A stretch of DNA of 64,000 bases from an uncultured Solibacteraceae bacterium (GCA_964457555.1 CAYWHA010000015.1:7834-71833), one strand, 5' to 3'; positions 9,606-20,800 are shown, numbered from the stretch's first letter. Notes: generated by a model not told the origin, from the sequence alone. Numbers and translations are program-made.

Positions 9606-10529
9606 GTGAAGACCTTCTTGCTTGGCGCGGCATTAGCCACAGTCGCGACCGGCGTATTCGCTACGTTGTTGGCCGCCCAGGACCTACCGCCTTTGAACGA
9701 CGGGAGCGGCCACGGCGACCCGCCGTTTCTATTGGAAACTGGCTGGAAGCCCCTCTTGAACGGCAGGAACCTCGATGGCTGGCAGTTCGTCGATTCCACC
9801 AAAAAGGGCCAATGGGTCGTCACCAGGGCGGTCGTTTGGGGCGGAACCTCGAATCCCACCTTGCTGACGGCCGTGCCTGGGTCAGGCGACCGCATCGTGA
9901 ACACCGGCGTGGACCCCAAGGGTAACGCTTCCAACATATACACCACCGAGAAGTTCGGGGATGTCGAAGTCTATGTTGAGTTCATGGTCGCGGCGCATTC
10001 CAACTCCGGCTTCTTCATGCACGGGCTTTATGAGACGCAGATCTGGGATAGCTGGGGCTTCACGCCCCGGCTGGATACGGACCGGTGCGGTGCCATGTAC
10101 CACTACGACGGCGGGCCAATCGGCGGAATCGACGGCGGGATCGTACCCATGGTGCGCGCAGACCGTCCCCCGGGGCAATGGCAGTCGTTCCAATATTGGT
10201 TTCAGGCCCCGCGTTTCGATGCCGCGGGGAAGAAGATTGTCCCCGCCAAGTTTCTGCGCATCCTGCACAATGGCCAGTTGATACACGAAAAAGTGGAAAG
10301 GCTCGGCCCGACCGTCGCTTCCATGAAGATTCCCGAGGCCGCCACGAACCCGATAATGCTGCAAGGCGATCACGGCGCCGTGGCGTTCCGAAACATCTAC
10401 GTGCGACCGCTGCGCCTGCTGCCTGACCCGCCGGCTCCGGCGTCGGAACCCACCGGACAGGCCCCCATGCCGGCAGGCGGCAGAGGAGGGCGCGGCGCAA
10501 ATCCGCCCGCCCCACCGGCCAAACAGTGA
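9606..10529 (+). CDS. DUF1080 (3-keto-disaccharide hydrolase-like, concanavalin-type) secreted protein
   Basis: GTG start with signal peptide MKTFLLGAALATVATGVFATLLAAQD. Motifs LLNGRNLDGWQFV, NSGFFMHGLYETQIWDS and MLQGDHGAVAFRNIYVRPL are typical of DUF1080. The C-terminal tail is Pro/Gly-rich. Confidence 0.8.
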   Translation: MKTFLLGAALATVATGVFATLLAAQDLPPLNDGSGHGDPPFLLETGWKPLLNGRNLDGWQFVDSTKKGQWVVTRAVVWGGTSNPTLLTAVPGSGDRIVNTGVDPKGNASNIYTTEKFGDVEVYVEFMVAAHSNSGFFMHGLYETQIWDSWGFTPRLDTDRCGAMYHYDGGPIGGIDGGIVPMVRADRPPGQWQSFQYWFQAPRFDAAGKKIVPAKFLRILHNGQLIHEKVERLGPTVASMKIPEAATNPIMLQGDHGAVAFRNIYVRPLRLLPDPPAPASEPTGQAPMPAGGRGGRGANPPAPPAKQ

Positions 10530-10545
10530 GGAGGAGACCGCTCTG

Positions 10546-12012
10546 ATGAACACGAACGATTCGACCAAGAACCCGCTGTCCCGGCGCGCCGCTATCGCCG
10601 CCGGTCTCGCGCCGCTGGTGGTCCCGCGCCACGTGCTCGGAGGACAGGGCTACCGGGCTCCCAGCGACAAGTTGGCCATTGCCGCCGTGGGCGTCGCCGG
10701 CATGGGACGGAACTACCTAAACGGCTGTAAAGACGAAGCCATCGTCGCCTTGTGCGACCTGGATTTCGAATTTGCCGCTCCGGTATTCAAGACCTATCCA
10801 TCCGCCCGCGCCTATCGCGATTTCCGCCAGATGTTCGACAAGGAGGAGAAGAACTTCGACGCCTTGATCGTAGCCACCCCGGACCATTGGCACTCCCATC
10901 TGGTGCTGGCCGGCTTGGCCATGAACAAGCACATTTACTGCGCGAAGCCCATAACCCATTCGGTCGCGGAGGCGCGAGCGGTAAAGGCGGCCGTGCTGGC
11001 TTCCAAAGTCACCACCAAAGCCAGCATTCAGGATTCCCGCACCAGTTACGCGCGCGCCACCACCGAACTCCTGCTGACCGGCGCCATCGGCCCGATTCAC
11101 CAGGTCCATCTCTGGACTCCCACTTACAGTCCCAGCGGCCTGGCAAGACCCGACGCCCAAACCCCGCCCGACGGCATGAACTGGGACGAATGGTGCGGCC
11201 CGTCGCCCGCGCGGCCGTATCACAAGACCTATCACTACGGCAATTGGCGGCCCTGGTGGGACTTCGGCACCGGGACCATCGGCGACTTCGGCTGCCACAC
11301 GCTCCAGATGTTCCACGACGAACTGGAAATGGGCGCCCCCGACTGGGTGAGCGGCGTCGGAAGCCAAGCCTTCTCGCTGTCCGGCCCGGTGCAGAATCCC
11401 GAGTGCATGAGCATCGCCAACACCATTCAATGGCACATTCCCGCCCGCGGTGCCAAGCCGCCAATGATGGCGTTCTTCTATGATGGCGGGCTGCTGCCGC
11501 CGCGGCCGGAAAGCATGCCAGCGGAGGTTCCCATGCCCGGCGGCGGCATCATGTTCGTGGGCGAGAAAGGCGTGCAAGTTTCCGCCTTTTATGGGGGCAA
11601 CCCCTGGCTGCCTTTCGGCGCGCAACCCCGGCCGGGACAGCAGGTGCGCGGCCTGCCCGGCGGCTGGCTCCTGCCGGAGGCCCAATTCAAGGATTTCCAA
11701 CAGCCGCCGGCGACGCTGCCGCGCTGCGAAAAACCGGATCACTACACCGAGTGGGTGCGCATGTGCAAAGCCGGCAAGAAATCCATCACGCCGATCGAGT
11801 TCGCCTGCGGACTGACGGAGTTCGCCCTGTTGGGAACGCTCGCCCTGCGCCGCTACGCACAACCCGTTGCGCCGCCAAGCGCCGGCGGGCGCGCAAACCG
11901 CGAGGCGAAAGTCCTGGCGTGGGACACAAAGGCCATGAAGATCGCCAACGACGATGCCGCCAACGGCTCGGTTGACCCGCCGTACCGCAAGGAGTGGGAT
12001 TACAAGGCGTGA
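10546..12012 (+). CDS. Tat-signal Gfo/Idh/MocA family oxidoreductase (paralog 2)
   Basis: Has LSRRAAIAAGLAPLVVPRHVLGG plus IAAVGVAGMGRNY. Collinear over its full length with the other two paralogs. Confidence 0.85.
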   Translation: MNTNDSTKNPLSRRAAIAAGLAPLVVPRHVLGGQGYRAPSDKLAIAAVGVAGMGRNYLNGCKDEAIVALCDLDFEFAAPVFKTYPSARAYRDFRQMFDKEEKNFDALIVATPDHWHSHLVLAGLAMNKHIYCAKPITHSVAEARAVKAAVLASKVTTKASIQDSRTSYARATTELLLTGAIGPIHQVHLWTPTYSPSGLARPDAQTPPDGMNWDEWCGPSPARPYHKTYHYGNWRPWWDFGTGTIGDFGCHTLQMFHDELEMGAPDWVSGVGSQAFSLSGPVQNPECMSIANTIQWHIPARGAKPPMMAFFYDGGLLPPRPESMPAEVPMPGGGIMFVGEKGVQVSAFYGGNPWLPFGAQPRPGQQVRGLPGGWLLPEAQFKDFQQPPATLPRCEKPDHYTEWVRMCKAGKKSITPIEFACGLTEFALLGTLALRRYAQPVAPPSAGGRANREAKVLAWDTKAMKIANDDAANGSVDPPYRKEWDYKA

Positions 12013-12075
12013 GCCTGCCGCGCGGCATGGCCGGCGTGGGAGTGAACGGCTACGCGATGGCCCAGTTCAACAACT

Positions 12076-13464
12076 TCAAGGTTGATCCTTTGAAACCGTG
12101 ACGCCGGGTCTTTTCACTTCGCGCACCAGAACGAGCGAAGAATTAGCTGGGTCGTCCCGTACGATGTCTGTTCGGATCACCGCTTGAAAGAACTCCGGCA
12201 AGGCCCGCTGCCGGACCGGGTCGAACTGTCTCAGTAACTCTGCCACGCCCGCCGTGGAGGCGAGGAATTCGATTCCCGCCGAAGTCCCATAGGTGTCGAG
12301 TCCCGCGGAACTCACGATCTTGGTTCCCGGCGCGATCCCGGGCAGAACGCTGATCAGCGCATAACTGGCTTTCAGCGCCTTCGTTCCGGGGTCGGACTCC
12401 GAGACGTAGCATGCTTGCTCGCCGGGCTGTGGATTGGAGTTGACGATTTGGCCCTCGTTATTGCAGACTAGCGGCGTCTGGCCGGGATTGACCTTGTCTT
12501 GCAATTCGTTGGCCCAGGGGGACCCCAAGAAGATCACGTTCGCTTCCCGCATAGCATCGTATGTGAGCGCCCGGCTGCGAATCACCTTCAAGGGCCGGCC
12601 GGCTTCCGTGAATAGCTTCGTGAGGCGGTAGACGCTAAGTACTTCGCCAGTGCCCGTCCAGCTACTGCTGAAGATGAAATTGGAACCGAGCCTGACAATC
12701 TCGGGGTCTACATTGGCGTCGCCCGGCGAAATATTCACCGGCACGCCAACGGGAACGCTCACCGGACCCGAATACGGGAGGAGAACTTGATTGCGCGACG
12801 TCCGGAAGCGCAGGAACACAGGATTTGTGAACGAGATCACGCAGTCGAAATCGGGACGGAGCATGCCGCCCCAGACGGCCGAGAGCGGCAGCGCGCGAAG
12901 GTCTTCCCGCCCCACGGGCGCGCGGCGCCCAATCTCCATCCGGAAGGCGAGTGCGCTCGTTAGAACCCCTGCGAAAAACACTGCGGCGAACGCACCCCAC
13001 ACCAGCGCGCGCGGGCGTCTGGTTGCCGGCCCAGCGGGAAGAGCCGTCAATTCGCCCTCAGAACTACTGGCCCCAGGCGCCGGGACTCCGGCGGCAAACT
13101 GTTCTTGATGGCGCTGAAACGACGGGATGTAGCTTCCCTTGGGAATCGTAATCCGGAACTCATCGGCCGCGCCCTCGGCTTCGTAGTACCCTTCGAGGGT
13201 CTTGCGAAGCCGGTGTGCTTGGACGCGAACGCTGTTATCCAACCGGCTATCGAAACTGGCGGGACGCCCAAACACGTCCATCGCGATGGTCGATTCCTTA
13301 ATGTCGTCGGCCGAGCCTTCGGCGCACTTCCGAATCAGATAATCCAGAAGTTGGCGCAAACTGGGCGACTTGCGGAATCTATCGGCCCGCAGCAGCCGTT
13401 CGAGGTACTGTGTTAGGTCCCCAATATCCGCCGCGGCGGGGAACTGCGGTTGAGGTACATTCAT
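12076..13464 (-). CDS. CadC/OmpR-type winged-helix transcriptional regulator with one TM segment and a periplasmic domain
   Basis: N-terminus RFRKSPSLRQLLDYLIRKCAEG...DVFGRPASFDSRLDNSVRVQAHRLRKTLEGYY is a trans_reg_C-like DNA-binding domain. A hydrophobic segment ALVWGAFAAVFFAGVLTSALAF follows. Confidence 0.65.
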   Translation of the reverse strand: MNVPQPQFPAAADIGDLTQYLERLLRADRFRKSPSLRQLLDYLIRKCAEGSADDIKESTIAMDVFGRPASFDSRLDNSVRVQAHRLRKTLEGYYEAEGAADEFRITIPKGSYIPSFQRHQEQFAAGVPAPGASSSEGELTALPAGPATRRPRALVWGAFAAVFFAGVLTSALAFRMEIGRRAPVGREDLRALPLSAVWGGMLRPDFDCVISFTNPVFLRFRTSRNQVLLPYSGPVSVPVGVPVNISPGDANVDPEIVRLGSNFIFSSSWTGTGEVLSVYRLTKLFTEAGRPLKVIRSRALTYDAMREANVIFLGSPWANELQDKVNPGQTPLVCNNEGQIVNSNPQPGEQACYVSESDPGTKALKASYALISVLPGIAPGTKIVSSAGLDTYGTSAGIEFLASTAGVAELLRQFDPVRQRALPEFFQAVIRTDIVRDDPANSSLVLVREVKRPGVTVSKDQP

Positions 13465-13565
13465 TTTCGACGTCCCCGGGACGGTTCTTTCAGCTCAGTT
13501 TAACACGATGGTTAGTTTAGTAAGTCGCGGATGTGTGTATGCTGGACAGCAGCCGATGGTCTTAA

Positions 13566-13949
13566 ATGGAGATGGCGGCGATGAACCGACGGTATTTCTT
13601 GTGTGGGGCGGCGTCGCTCGGCGCGGACCGGGCGATCGCCCAGGATGCGCGCAGGGCCTCGGCGCAAGAATCCGGGAGCAGGCGGCGGGTCGAGAAGTCC
13701 GCGACGGCAGCCATGGCTATGCAGCGCCGCGATTGGGAGCAGGGCATTTTCGCTCAGGCCATGTTCGAAGCAGACAACCAGGATTTCAAGGAGGTCTGGA
13801 AGTACCAGATTCAGATCCCTTGGGCTGCCATCCGCCTCAAGAACGGCAACACGCTGATCACTGGCGAGAGGGACATCCTTACACGTGAAGTCAATCCAGC
13901 GGAGGAAACGCGGGGAGATCGCCGTCAAGAGCGGCGCCCCGATTGCTAA
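13566..13949 (+). pseudogene. Possible chimeric gene remnant: Tat-like signal, hydrolase-like fragment and beta-propeller-like fragment
   Basis: 127-aa ORF. MNRRYFLCGAASLG is Tat-like. AMQRRDWEQGIFAQAMFEA looks like an (alpha/alpha)6 hydrolase fragment. It is joined directly to VWKYQIQIPWAAIRLKNGNTLITGE, which is propeller-blade-like. All three + frames are open here, so coding status is weak. Confidence 0.3.
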
Positions 13950-14031
13950 GAGGAAGGTCGAATGAAGGCGCAGTTCAGCCGCGGCCTATTTCACCGGGAG
14001 GCCCGATGCGCTGGCGAGCCGCAGTCGATTT

Positions 14032-14664
14032 TCAGTCGACATCGATAATGCCGCGGCGAAATGCCTCCGCTACCGCCTGCGCCCGGTCGTTGCAATCCAG
14101 TTTCGCAAAGAGATTGCTGGCGTGAACTCTGACGGTTCCCTCGCCTATGGTGAGATCGGCTGCAATCTCCTTGTTTGACTTACCCTTCGCGATCAGTTTC
14201 AGAATCTCCAATTCCCGCGCGCTCAAAGGCGCGTGCGGGAGACTCTCCGCCAGTTGGGCTGCGATTTCGGGCGGAAGCGGCCGTTGTCCAGCATGGACCG
14301 CGCGGATCGCATCTACCAGATCCTGACCCTTGACGTCCTTCAGAAAGTACGCCCTGGCGCCCGCCTTGAACGCCCGCGAGATGTTCTCGTCTCCGGCGTA
14401 AGTCGACAACACAATGATCCGCGCGCGTGGGAACTTCTCGATGATTCCGCTAATGGCGCCGATCCCGCTCACGCCAGGAATCCGAAGGTCCATTAGAGTG
14501 ACATCGGGCTGGTATTGCTCGAAGTCTTCGATCGCCTGCTTCCCGTTTGCGGCCTCCGCCACGGTGACCATGTCTTGCTGGCTGTTGATTATCGCCTTGA
14601 GCCCAACCCGAACGACAAAATGATCTTCCACAATCATGATGCGAATTTGCGATGCCTGGCCCAT
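14032..14664 (-). CDS. NarL/FixJ-type response regulator (REC + LuxR HTH)
   Basis: IMIVEDHFVVRVGL...DVTLMDLRIPGVSG is a receiver domain. LSARELEILKLIAKGKSNKEIAADLTIGEGTVRVHASNLFAKL is a LuxR-type HTH. Confidence 0.9.
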   Translation of the reverse strand: MGQASQIRIMIVEDHFVVRVGLKAIINSQQDMVTVAEAANGKQAIEDFEQYQPDVTLMDLRIPGVSGIGAISGIIEKFPRARIIVLSTYAGDENISRAFKAGARAYFLKDVKGQDLVDAIRAVHAGQRPLPPEIAAQLAESLPHAPLSARELEILKLIAKGKSNKEIAADLTIGEGTVRVHASNLFAKLDCNDRAQAVAEAFRRGIIDVD

Positions 14665-14690
14665 AGCCTGTTTCCTTCCATTCCGCCTCT

Positions 14691-17600
14691 CTAGGCCGAG
14701 AGCGGCACGATGATCAGCACTTCGGTTCCCTCACCGGGCGCGCTTCGGAGCGTGAAGCGCCCGCCGATCCTCTCGGCTCGGTCGCGCATGCCGGTCAATC
14801 CGTAGTGTCCGATTCCGAGCGGGATCGCTGTCTCCGCATCGAAGCCGCGCCCGTCGTCCCGCACACGCAAGACTAGGTCCTCCCGCTCGTACCTCAACTC
14901 GACGTCGATCGCCTGGGCATGGGCGTGTTTGATCGCGTTTGCCAAAGCTTCCTGGAAAATGCGCAGAAGATTCTTCTCCGTAACCGCGTTCAGCCGCTTC
15001 GGAGCGCCCACCACCAAGACGGAGGGCTGAATCGCGGAGTTGGCTGCCATTTTCCTGGCGATCGCGGGCAGCGCCGTGGGCAGTTCTTGCTTCTCGATCT
15101 CGTCGGAACGCAGATCCCCGACGGCGCGCCTGACTTCCGCCAGGCTGTACCGCGTCAGGTTGCAGGCCTCGTCCAGCCGCTCCCTCAAACCCTGGGGAAT
15201 CTCCTCCAACTGCATGGTCAACGAATCCAACTGCAGCGCGATGCCTGCCAGATTCTGCGCGAAGGTGTCGTGAATATCCTGCGAGATCCGGTTGCGCTCG
15301 GCCAGCACCGCGGAATAGCGCGCCTTCAAATCATGCATACGGAGTCTGTATATCAGCCAGGCCAACAGCAATGCGCCCAGGATGATCGCGCCCAGGAACG
15401 CTCGGGTCTGATACAAATGCGGCCTAAGATAGAACCCGAACGACGCGCCGACTTCATTCCACGATCCGCTAACGGTCCCGGCGATCACACGAAAAAGATA
15501 CCGTCCGGGACGCAAGTTAGCGTAGTATGCGAATCTCCTGCCGCCGGCGTCCACCCAATCGTCGTCGGAACCTTCCAGTATGTACTTGAATCGGACTTTT
15601 TCAGGGTCCACATAGCTGAGGGCGGCATAGTCGATCTCCACCTCTCCGGCCCCCACCGAAAGACTGGGATCCCGGTCCAGCGGTTGCGGCTGCCGGTTCA
15701 CGCTGACGCCCTCAATATGCACCGGAGGGATGTACGAACTGGACGTTAGGCGGCTGGGGGCGACCACCACGACGCCCATCAATGAACTGAACAACATCAG
15801 ACCGCCGGTTGTCTTCCATGCAATAGGCTGGTTGCCGACGTTGCAGGCGCGCGTCTTCATCCCGTCGCGCACGCCATAACTTACCGAGGTGACCTTCCTG
15901 ACCCGCCCGTCCGCGAAGTCCGCCAGTTCGGCTTTGCCGACCTTAAAAAGACCCTGTGCGGAGCTGAACCAAAAGTTACCTATTCCATCATCTAGAATGC
16001 TATAGAGAAAATCGACCCACAGGCCCGATGCCGAAGTATAGGAAAAGAACTTTCCATCCTTGCGCCTGGTCAGCCCGTTACGGGTGGCGAACCACAGCGT
16101 ACCGTCCTCGTCTTCGTAAATCGCATAGACGCGATTTCCCGCCAAACCTGTGCCGTACCCGTAATTGGTGAACCTCCCCTGGCAAAACCGGCTTACGCCG
16201 GCCCCAACCGCGCTGATCCAAAGCGCGCCCTGGCGGTCGCGCAATAACGCGCGGATTCGGTTCCCGACCAGTCCGTCCTGGCTGCGATAATTTCGGAAAG
16301 CCTCCCCGGTCCACTGGTATAGCCCATCCCAGTCGGTTCCGACCCACATGCCGCCGAGAGAATCCCTGTAAATCACAGTGATCAGGGAAGACGGCCGCCA
16401 GCCCGGGAAATCGCTCAAGCGTCCCCCTTCCAGCAGCAGCAGGTCCCTGCCGGCCGCAACCCAGAGCCGGCCTTGCGGGTCTTCCGCGAAAGACCTCACG
16501 GGTCCTGAACGCTCTGAAGGGAGGTTTGTATGATCGACCAACTTCTCCCCGCGATACCGGCTGAACCCATTGGACGCTCCCACCCAGACATCGCCACGCC
16601 GGTCCTGGTAAACGCATCGCGCGATGTCGTCGGGTGCGCCTTCCGGAACGGGCAAGGTTGAGATCTGCTTCACGCGGAGACGGCCCAGGCCGTTCGATTG
16701 GAGTCCAACCCAGAGGCTGTCTTCCCGATCGAGATTCATGCTGTACACCGTGCCAAGGTCCGTTTTTTCATCTTCCAGGGGTAACGGTTCGAATCGTCCG
16801 CTCCGCAGCCGGTAAATCGTCCGCCCCAAGGCTGCCCACACGCCGCCGGCGGGGTCTTCATAGAGCGCCGTAATGGGCGTGCTTGGGCCGTGTTGCGGCT
16901 TGAATATGCCGATCCTGCCCTCCTTCCAGTTCTTGATCAGGCCGTTACTGAACCCAATCCAGAACGAACCATCGGCGGAACAGATCAGTTTCTCAATCGA
17001 TCCGTCGCCTTTCCGGACGAGCCCTCCGAGCGGTTCGAAAAGGCCGTCCGAGCGGCGAAACACCTGCGAGCTCGTGGCCACAAATACGTCGTGCGCAGAG
17101 CGTGCGCAGATGGTATCGCGGGTGGCCGTGGCGTCTCTATCCGGCGACTCGATGCGGATCAAACGCCCGCGTGAATAGCGGCTGAACCCGCTCGCCGTGG
17201 CGATCCAGAGATCTCCGGACGCGTCCTTGTCGATGCGCGTAACGATATCGTCGGGCAGGCCGTCCGCCGTCGTGAAGGTCTTGAACCGTCCATCCTTGAG
17301 GCGGGTCAAGCCGCCTCCATAGGTTCCGATCCAGAGCGCGTGCTCGTCGTCTTCCTGCAGCGCCCAGACCTCGTTATCCTTCAGACTTCCGGTTTCCACC
17401 GTGAACGCGGTGAAACTGGCGCCATTGAAGCGGACCGCGCCGCCATCGGTGCCCAGCCAGATGTAGCCGTCGTGGGTCTGCGCGATGCACCTGATCCTGG
17501 ATTGCGGCAGGCCCTCCGCCTCGCGCCAAAAGTCGATGCCGTAGCCCGCGGACGCAGCCGGCAAACCCGATTCCGTGGCGCTGGCGGGCGGCGCCGGCAG

Positions 17601-17705
17601 CGCCAAGAGCCAGCCCAGGACCAGATATCCCGCGGCGATGCCGCGCGGGCGCCAACCGCGGACCATCCTGCGTGACGGGATCATATCCAGCATCTCAACA
17701 AGCAT
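14691..17705 (-). CDS. Sensor histidine kinase with periplasmic two-component-regulator propeller/Y_Y_Y domains, HisKA_3 and HATPase_c
   Basis: Repeated propeller motifs (IWLGTDGGAVRF, LWIGTYGGGLTR, LWIATASGFSRY and others). One TM segment. H-box ERNRISQDIHDTFAQNL. ATPase motifs VRDDGRGFD and GLTGMRDRAERIGG. Its stop is 26 nt upstream of the cognate regulator gene. Confidence 0.85.
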   Translation of the reverse strand: MLVEMLDMIPSRRMVRGWRPRGIAAGYLVLGWLLALPAPPASATESGLPAASAGYGIDFWREAEGLPQSRIRCIAQTHDGYIWLGTDGGAVRFNGASFTAFTVETGSLKDNEVWALQEDDEHALWIGTYGGGLTRLKDGRFKTFTTADGLPDDIVTRIDKDASGDLWIATASGFSRYSRGRLIRIESPDRDATATRDTICARSAHDVFVATSSQVFRRSDGLFEPLGGLVRKGDGSIEKLICSADGSFWIGFSNGLIKNWKEGRIGIFKPQHGPSTPITALYEDPAGGVWAALGRTIYRLRSGRFEPLPLEDEKTDLGTVYSMNLDREDSLWVGLQSNGLGRLRVKQISTLPVPEGAPDDIARCVYQDRRGDVWVGASNGFSRYRGEKLVDHTNLPSERSGPVRSFAEDPQGRLWVAAGRDLLLLEGGRLSDFPGWRPSSLITVIYRDSLGGMWVGTDWDGLYQWTGEAFRNYRSQDGLVGNRIRALLRDRQGALWISAVGAGVSRFCQGRFTNYGYGTGLAGNRVYAIYEDEDGTLWFATRNGLTRRKDGKFFSYTSASGLWVDFLYSILDDGIGNFWFSSAQGLFKVGKAELADFADGRVRKVTSVSYGVRDGMKTRACNVGNQPIAWKTTGGLMLFSSLMGVVVVAPSRLTSSSYIPPVHIEGVSVNRQPQPLDRDPSLSVGAGEVEIDYAALSYVDPEKVRFKYILEGSDDDWVDAGGRRFAYYANLRPGRYLFRVIAGTVSGSWNEVGASFGFYLRPHLYQTRAFLGAIILGALLLAWLIYRLRMHDLKARYSAVLAERNRISQDIHDTFAQNLAGIALQLDSLTMQLEEIPQGLRERLDEACNLTRYSLAEVRRAVGDLRSDEIEKQELPTALPAIARKMAANSAIQPSVLVVGAPKRLNAVTEKNLLRIFQEALANAIKHAHAQAIDVELRYEREDLVLRVRDDGRGFDAETAIPLGIGHYGLTGMRDRAERIGGRFTLRSAPGEGTEVLIIVPLSA

Positions 17706-17893
17706 ACCGCCAAGCCCGACGTCTTCATCCTATGCAGAAAGCCTAGTCCTATATATGCGATTCGCACAACTTACGGTATGAGGAAAGACTGATGACAGTG
17801 GCAGGCGCATGCAATAGAATCAACCGCAATGCGAATCGGACTTGAATTGGACGAGTCGCTGTGAGTTTGTTTGGACCGCAAAGGAGAAAGCAG

Positions 17894-20800
17894 ATGTTGA
17901 GATTCGGGATAAAGAGAACAGCGTGGGCGCTGGCCGTCGCGTGCGCATTCGCTACCGTAGCGCTGGCGCAGGAGGAAGGTTCCATTGTGGGAACCGTCAA
18001 GGATCCGAGCGGCAAAGTGGTTGCCGGGGCGACCTTAAAGGCCTCCGACCCTGTCCACGGCCTGACGCTGACAGCCACCTCGAACCCGGAAGGGGATTTC
18101 ATCTTTCCGCTGGTCCCGCCTGGAACCTACGCCTTGAACGTCGAAATGTCCGGGTTCAAGAAGGCCGAAAAGATCGATGTTGTGGTGCCAGTGTCCACCA
18201 AGGTCACCGTGGGAGACGTCCTGCTCGAAGTGGGCGGCCTCACGGAAACCGTGACCGTGGCAGCCGATGCCGGGCAGCTTGAGATTCAAGACTCGTCCGG
18301 CGAACGGTCCGACCTAGTGACCAACCGGCAACTCCGCGACATCGGGCTCAACGGCCAAAACATCGTCGATATGATGAAGTTCATTCCCGGCGTCAACGTG
18401 AGCGCTCTGGTGGCGAACGCGGCTTCCACCGTGACCAACATCACTGGCAGTTTCCAAGTCAATGGTACGCGCAGCCTTGAGCACGAATACACGCTCGACG
18501 GCATCACCAACCTGAACCTGGGCAACAACACCGGGGCGCTGGTTTCGATCAACCCCGACGCGGTCGAGGAGGTCAAGATCCTCACGTCGAACTATCAGGC
18601 CGAGTTTGGCAGATCCGGCGGGGGCCTCATCGCGCTGACCACGCGCGGCGGCACCAACGAATATCACGGGGGAGGCAGTTACTTCCGCCGCCACGACAGC
18701 TTGAATGCCGATACCTACTTCAACGATCTGCGCGGCGGCTCAGCCAATGGGTTCCCCCGCCCCCTCTACCGCTATAATTTCTACGGGTGGAATTTCGGCG
18801 GCCCGGTCTACGTCCCGCACGTGGTCAAAGGAAAGAACAAGCTCTTCTTCTTCGTCAGCCAGGAATATTACAGCCAACTCGTGCCCCAGACCTCGTCGAA
18901 CAACATCCGCGTTCCCACGGCCGCCGAGCGCACCGGGGACTTCTCGCATTCAGTGGACGGCAGCGGCAAGGCGATCACCATCACCGATCCGACCACCGGG
19001 CTCCCGTTTGGGGAGAACATGATCCCAAGCACCAGTCTCTACGCCCCCGGCCAGGCAGTCTTGAACTTCCTGCCCCTGCCCAACACCACCGTGGGAGGGA
19101 ACGTTTACAACTACACCTCCCAGGTTCCCAGCGCCTACCCCCGGAACGAGACCATCCTTCGCGGCGACTGGAATATCAAGGGCGATACCCGGCTTAGCGT
19201 GCGCTGGGTTTACAACCACGACGATCAACAATTCGCCTATGGCACGACCACGGCTACCTGGAACTGGCCGCTCACCATCACGGACCGGAGGAACGGCCCG
19301 GGCAGCGTGCCCAGCATTTCGCTCAGCAATAACTTCGGACCAACCTGGGCGAACGATTTCGTTTTCGGAATTGGCCGGGGCGGCGTTACCATCGCGCCGG
19401 AGGGCGACGCGGCCACCCGCGCGACATACGGCATTGACACGCCGTTGCTCTATCCCGGAGCCAACACGTCCAACTTAATCCCAAGCCTGACTTTCGGTGG
19501 GATCGCGAGCGTGGGCAGCGCTATCAGTACCAGCGTCTTCGGGCCTTTCAATCAGCGATTCCTGATCTGGCAAGTCATGGACAGCGTCACCAAGGTTCAC
19601 GGCGGGCACGTGATCAAGTTAGGCTTCTATTTCCAGAGCGCCTCGAATGCCAGCAACAATCAGACCCACGTCGAGAGCGACATCGACTTCACGACCAACG
19701 CCTCCAACCCGCTCAATAGCGGCAACCCCTTCTCGAATGCCCTGCTGGGCGTGTACAACTCTTACACTCAGGCAAACGGGAAGCCGCTTCAGAACTACCT
19801 CTACCGCGACGTCTCCTGGTACGCGCAAGACACCTGGAAGGCCACCCGGCGCCTGACGCTGGACTTGGGCATACGGTTCTCCTGGTATCAGCCGGTTTAC
19901 AACACCAATGGAGATGGGGCCTATTTCAATCCCAACGCATTCAATGCTGCGGCGGCGGAGCGCCTTTACAGGCCGGTTTGCGTCGGCGCCGCGACCTGCT
20001 CGTTGGGGTCGGCCACATACCGGGCCATCGACCCGGCCACCACGGGCCCCGCGACCTTGGCGGACACCCAGCCCGGCTATTACGTCGGAAAGTTGGTGCC
20101 GAATGTCGGCAGCATTAGCAACGGGATGGAACTAGTCAGTCAGGGGTACCCGACTGGCGGCGTCAAGACCCGCGCGATTCTGCCACAGCCCCGTCTCGGC
20201 TTTGCGTATGACGTGACTGGCAACCATAAGACCGTGGTGCGCGGCGGTTTCGGAATCTCAATCGACCGGTACGAGAGCGGCGTCACGGGGTTTGGAGCCA
20301 GCAACGCGCCGTTGGTCCTGCAGCCCACCCTTCAGTATGGCTATCTGCAGAACATCCAGCCAGGCGGGAGCGGTCTTCTGTCGCCGTTGTCAGTCACGGG
20401 CGTGACCGAAAACATGAGTTTTCCGCACATCTACTCCTACAGCATCGGCGTGCAGCGTGAACTCGGAGCCGGTACCGTGATCGATATCTCTTACGTCGGA
20501 TCGAAATCGCGCGATCTCCCCCGCAAGACGAATCTGAATACTCCGCCTTATGGGACAACCTTCACCGCCGCGGCCCAGGACCCGACCAAGTTCGCCAACG
20601 GAGTGATCCCGGCCACCGAACCTAACCTGCCTTCGATTTACTCAAGCGCGGGGCTGAGTTTCAGCGGGGCGGACATTCTAGGCACGGACTTCCTGCGGCC
20701 CTACCAGGGGTACAGCGACATTACGTGGTACGTTTTCGACGCCCAGGCGAATTACAACTCGTTCCAGGTGGCCCTCAATCGGCGGATATCGAAGAATGTC

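Noticed and set aside
12013-12075. Short GC palindrome (GCCGCGCGGC) between the convergent oxidoreductase and CadC-like genes as a terminator
   Set aside because: The stem is only about 4-5 bp with no loop or U-tract. That is too weak to call.
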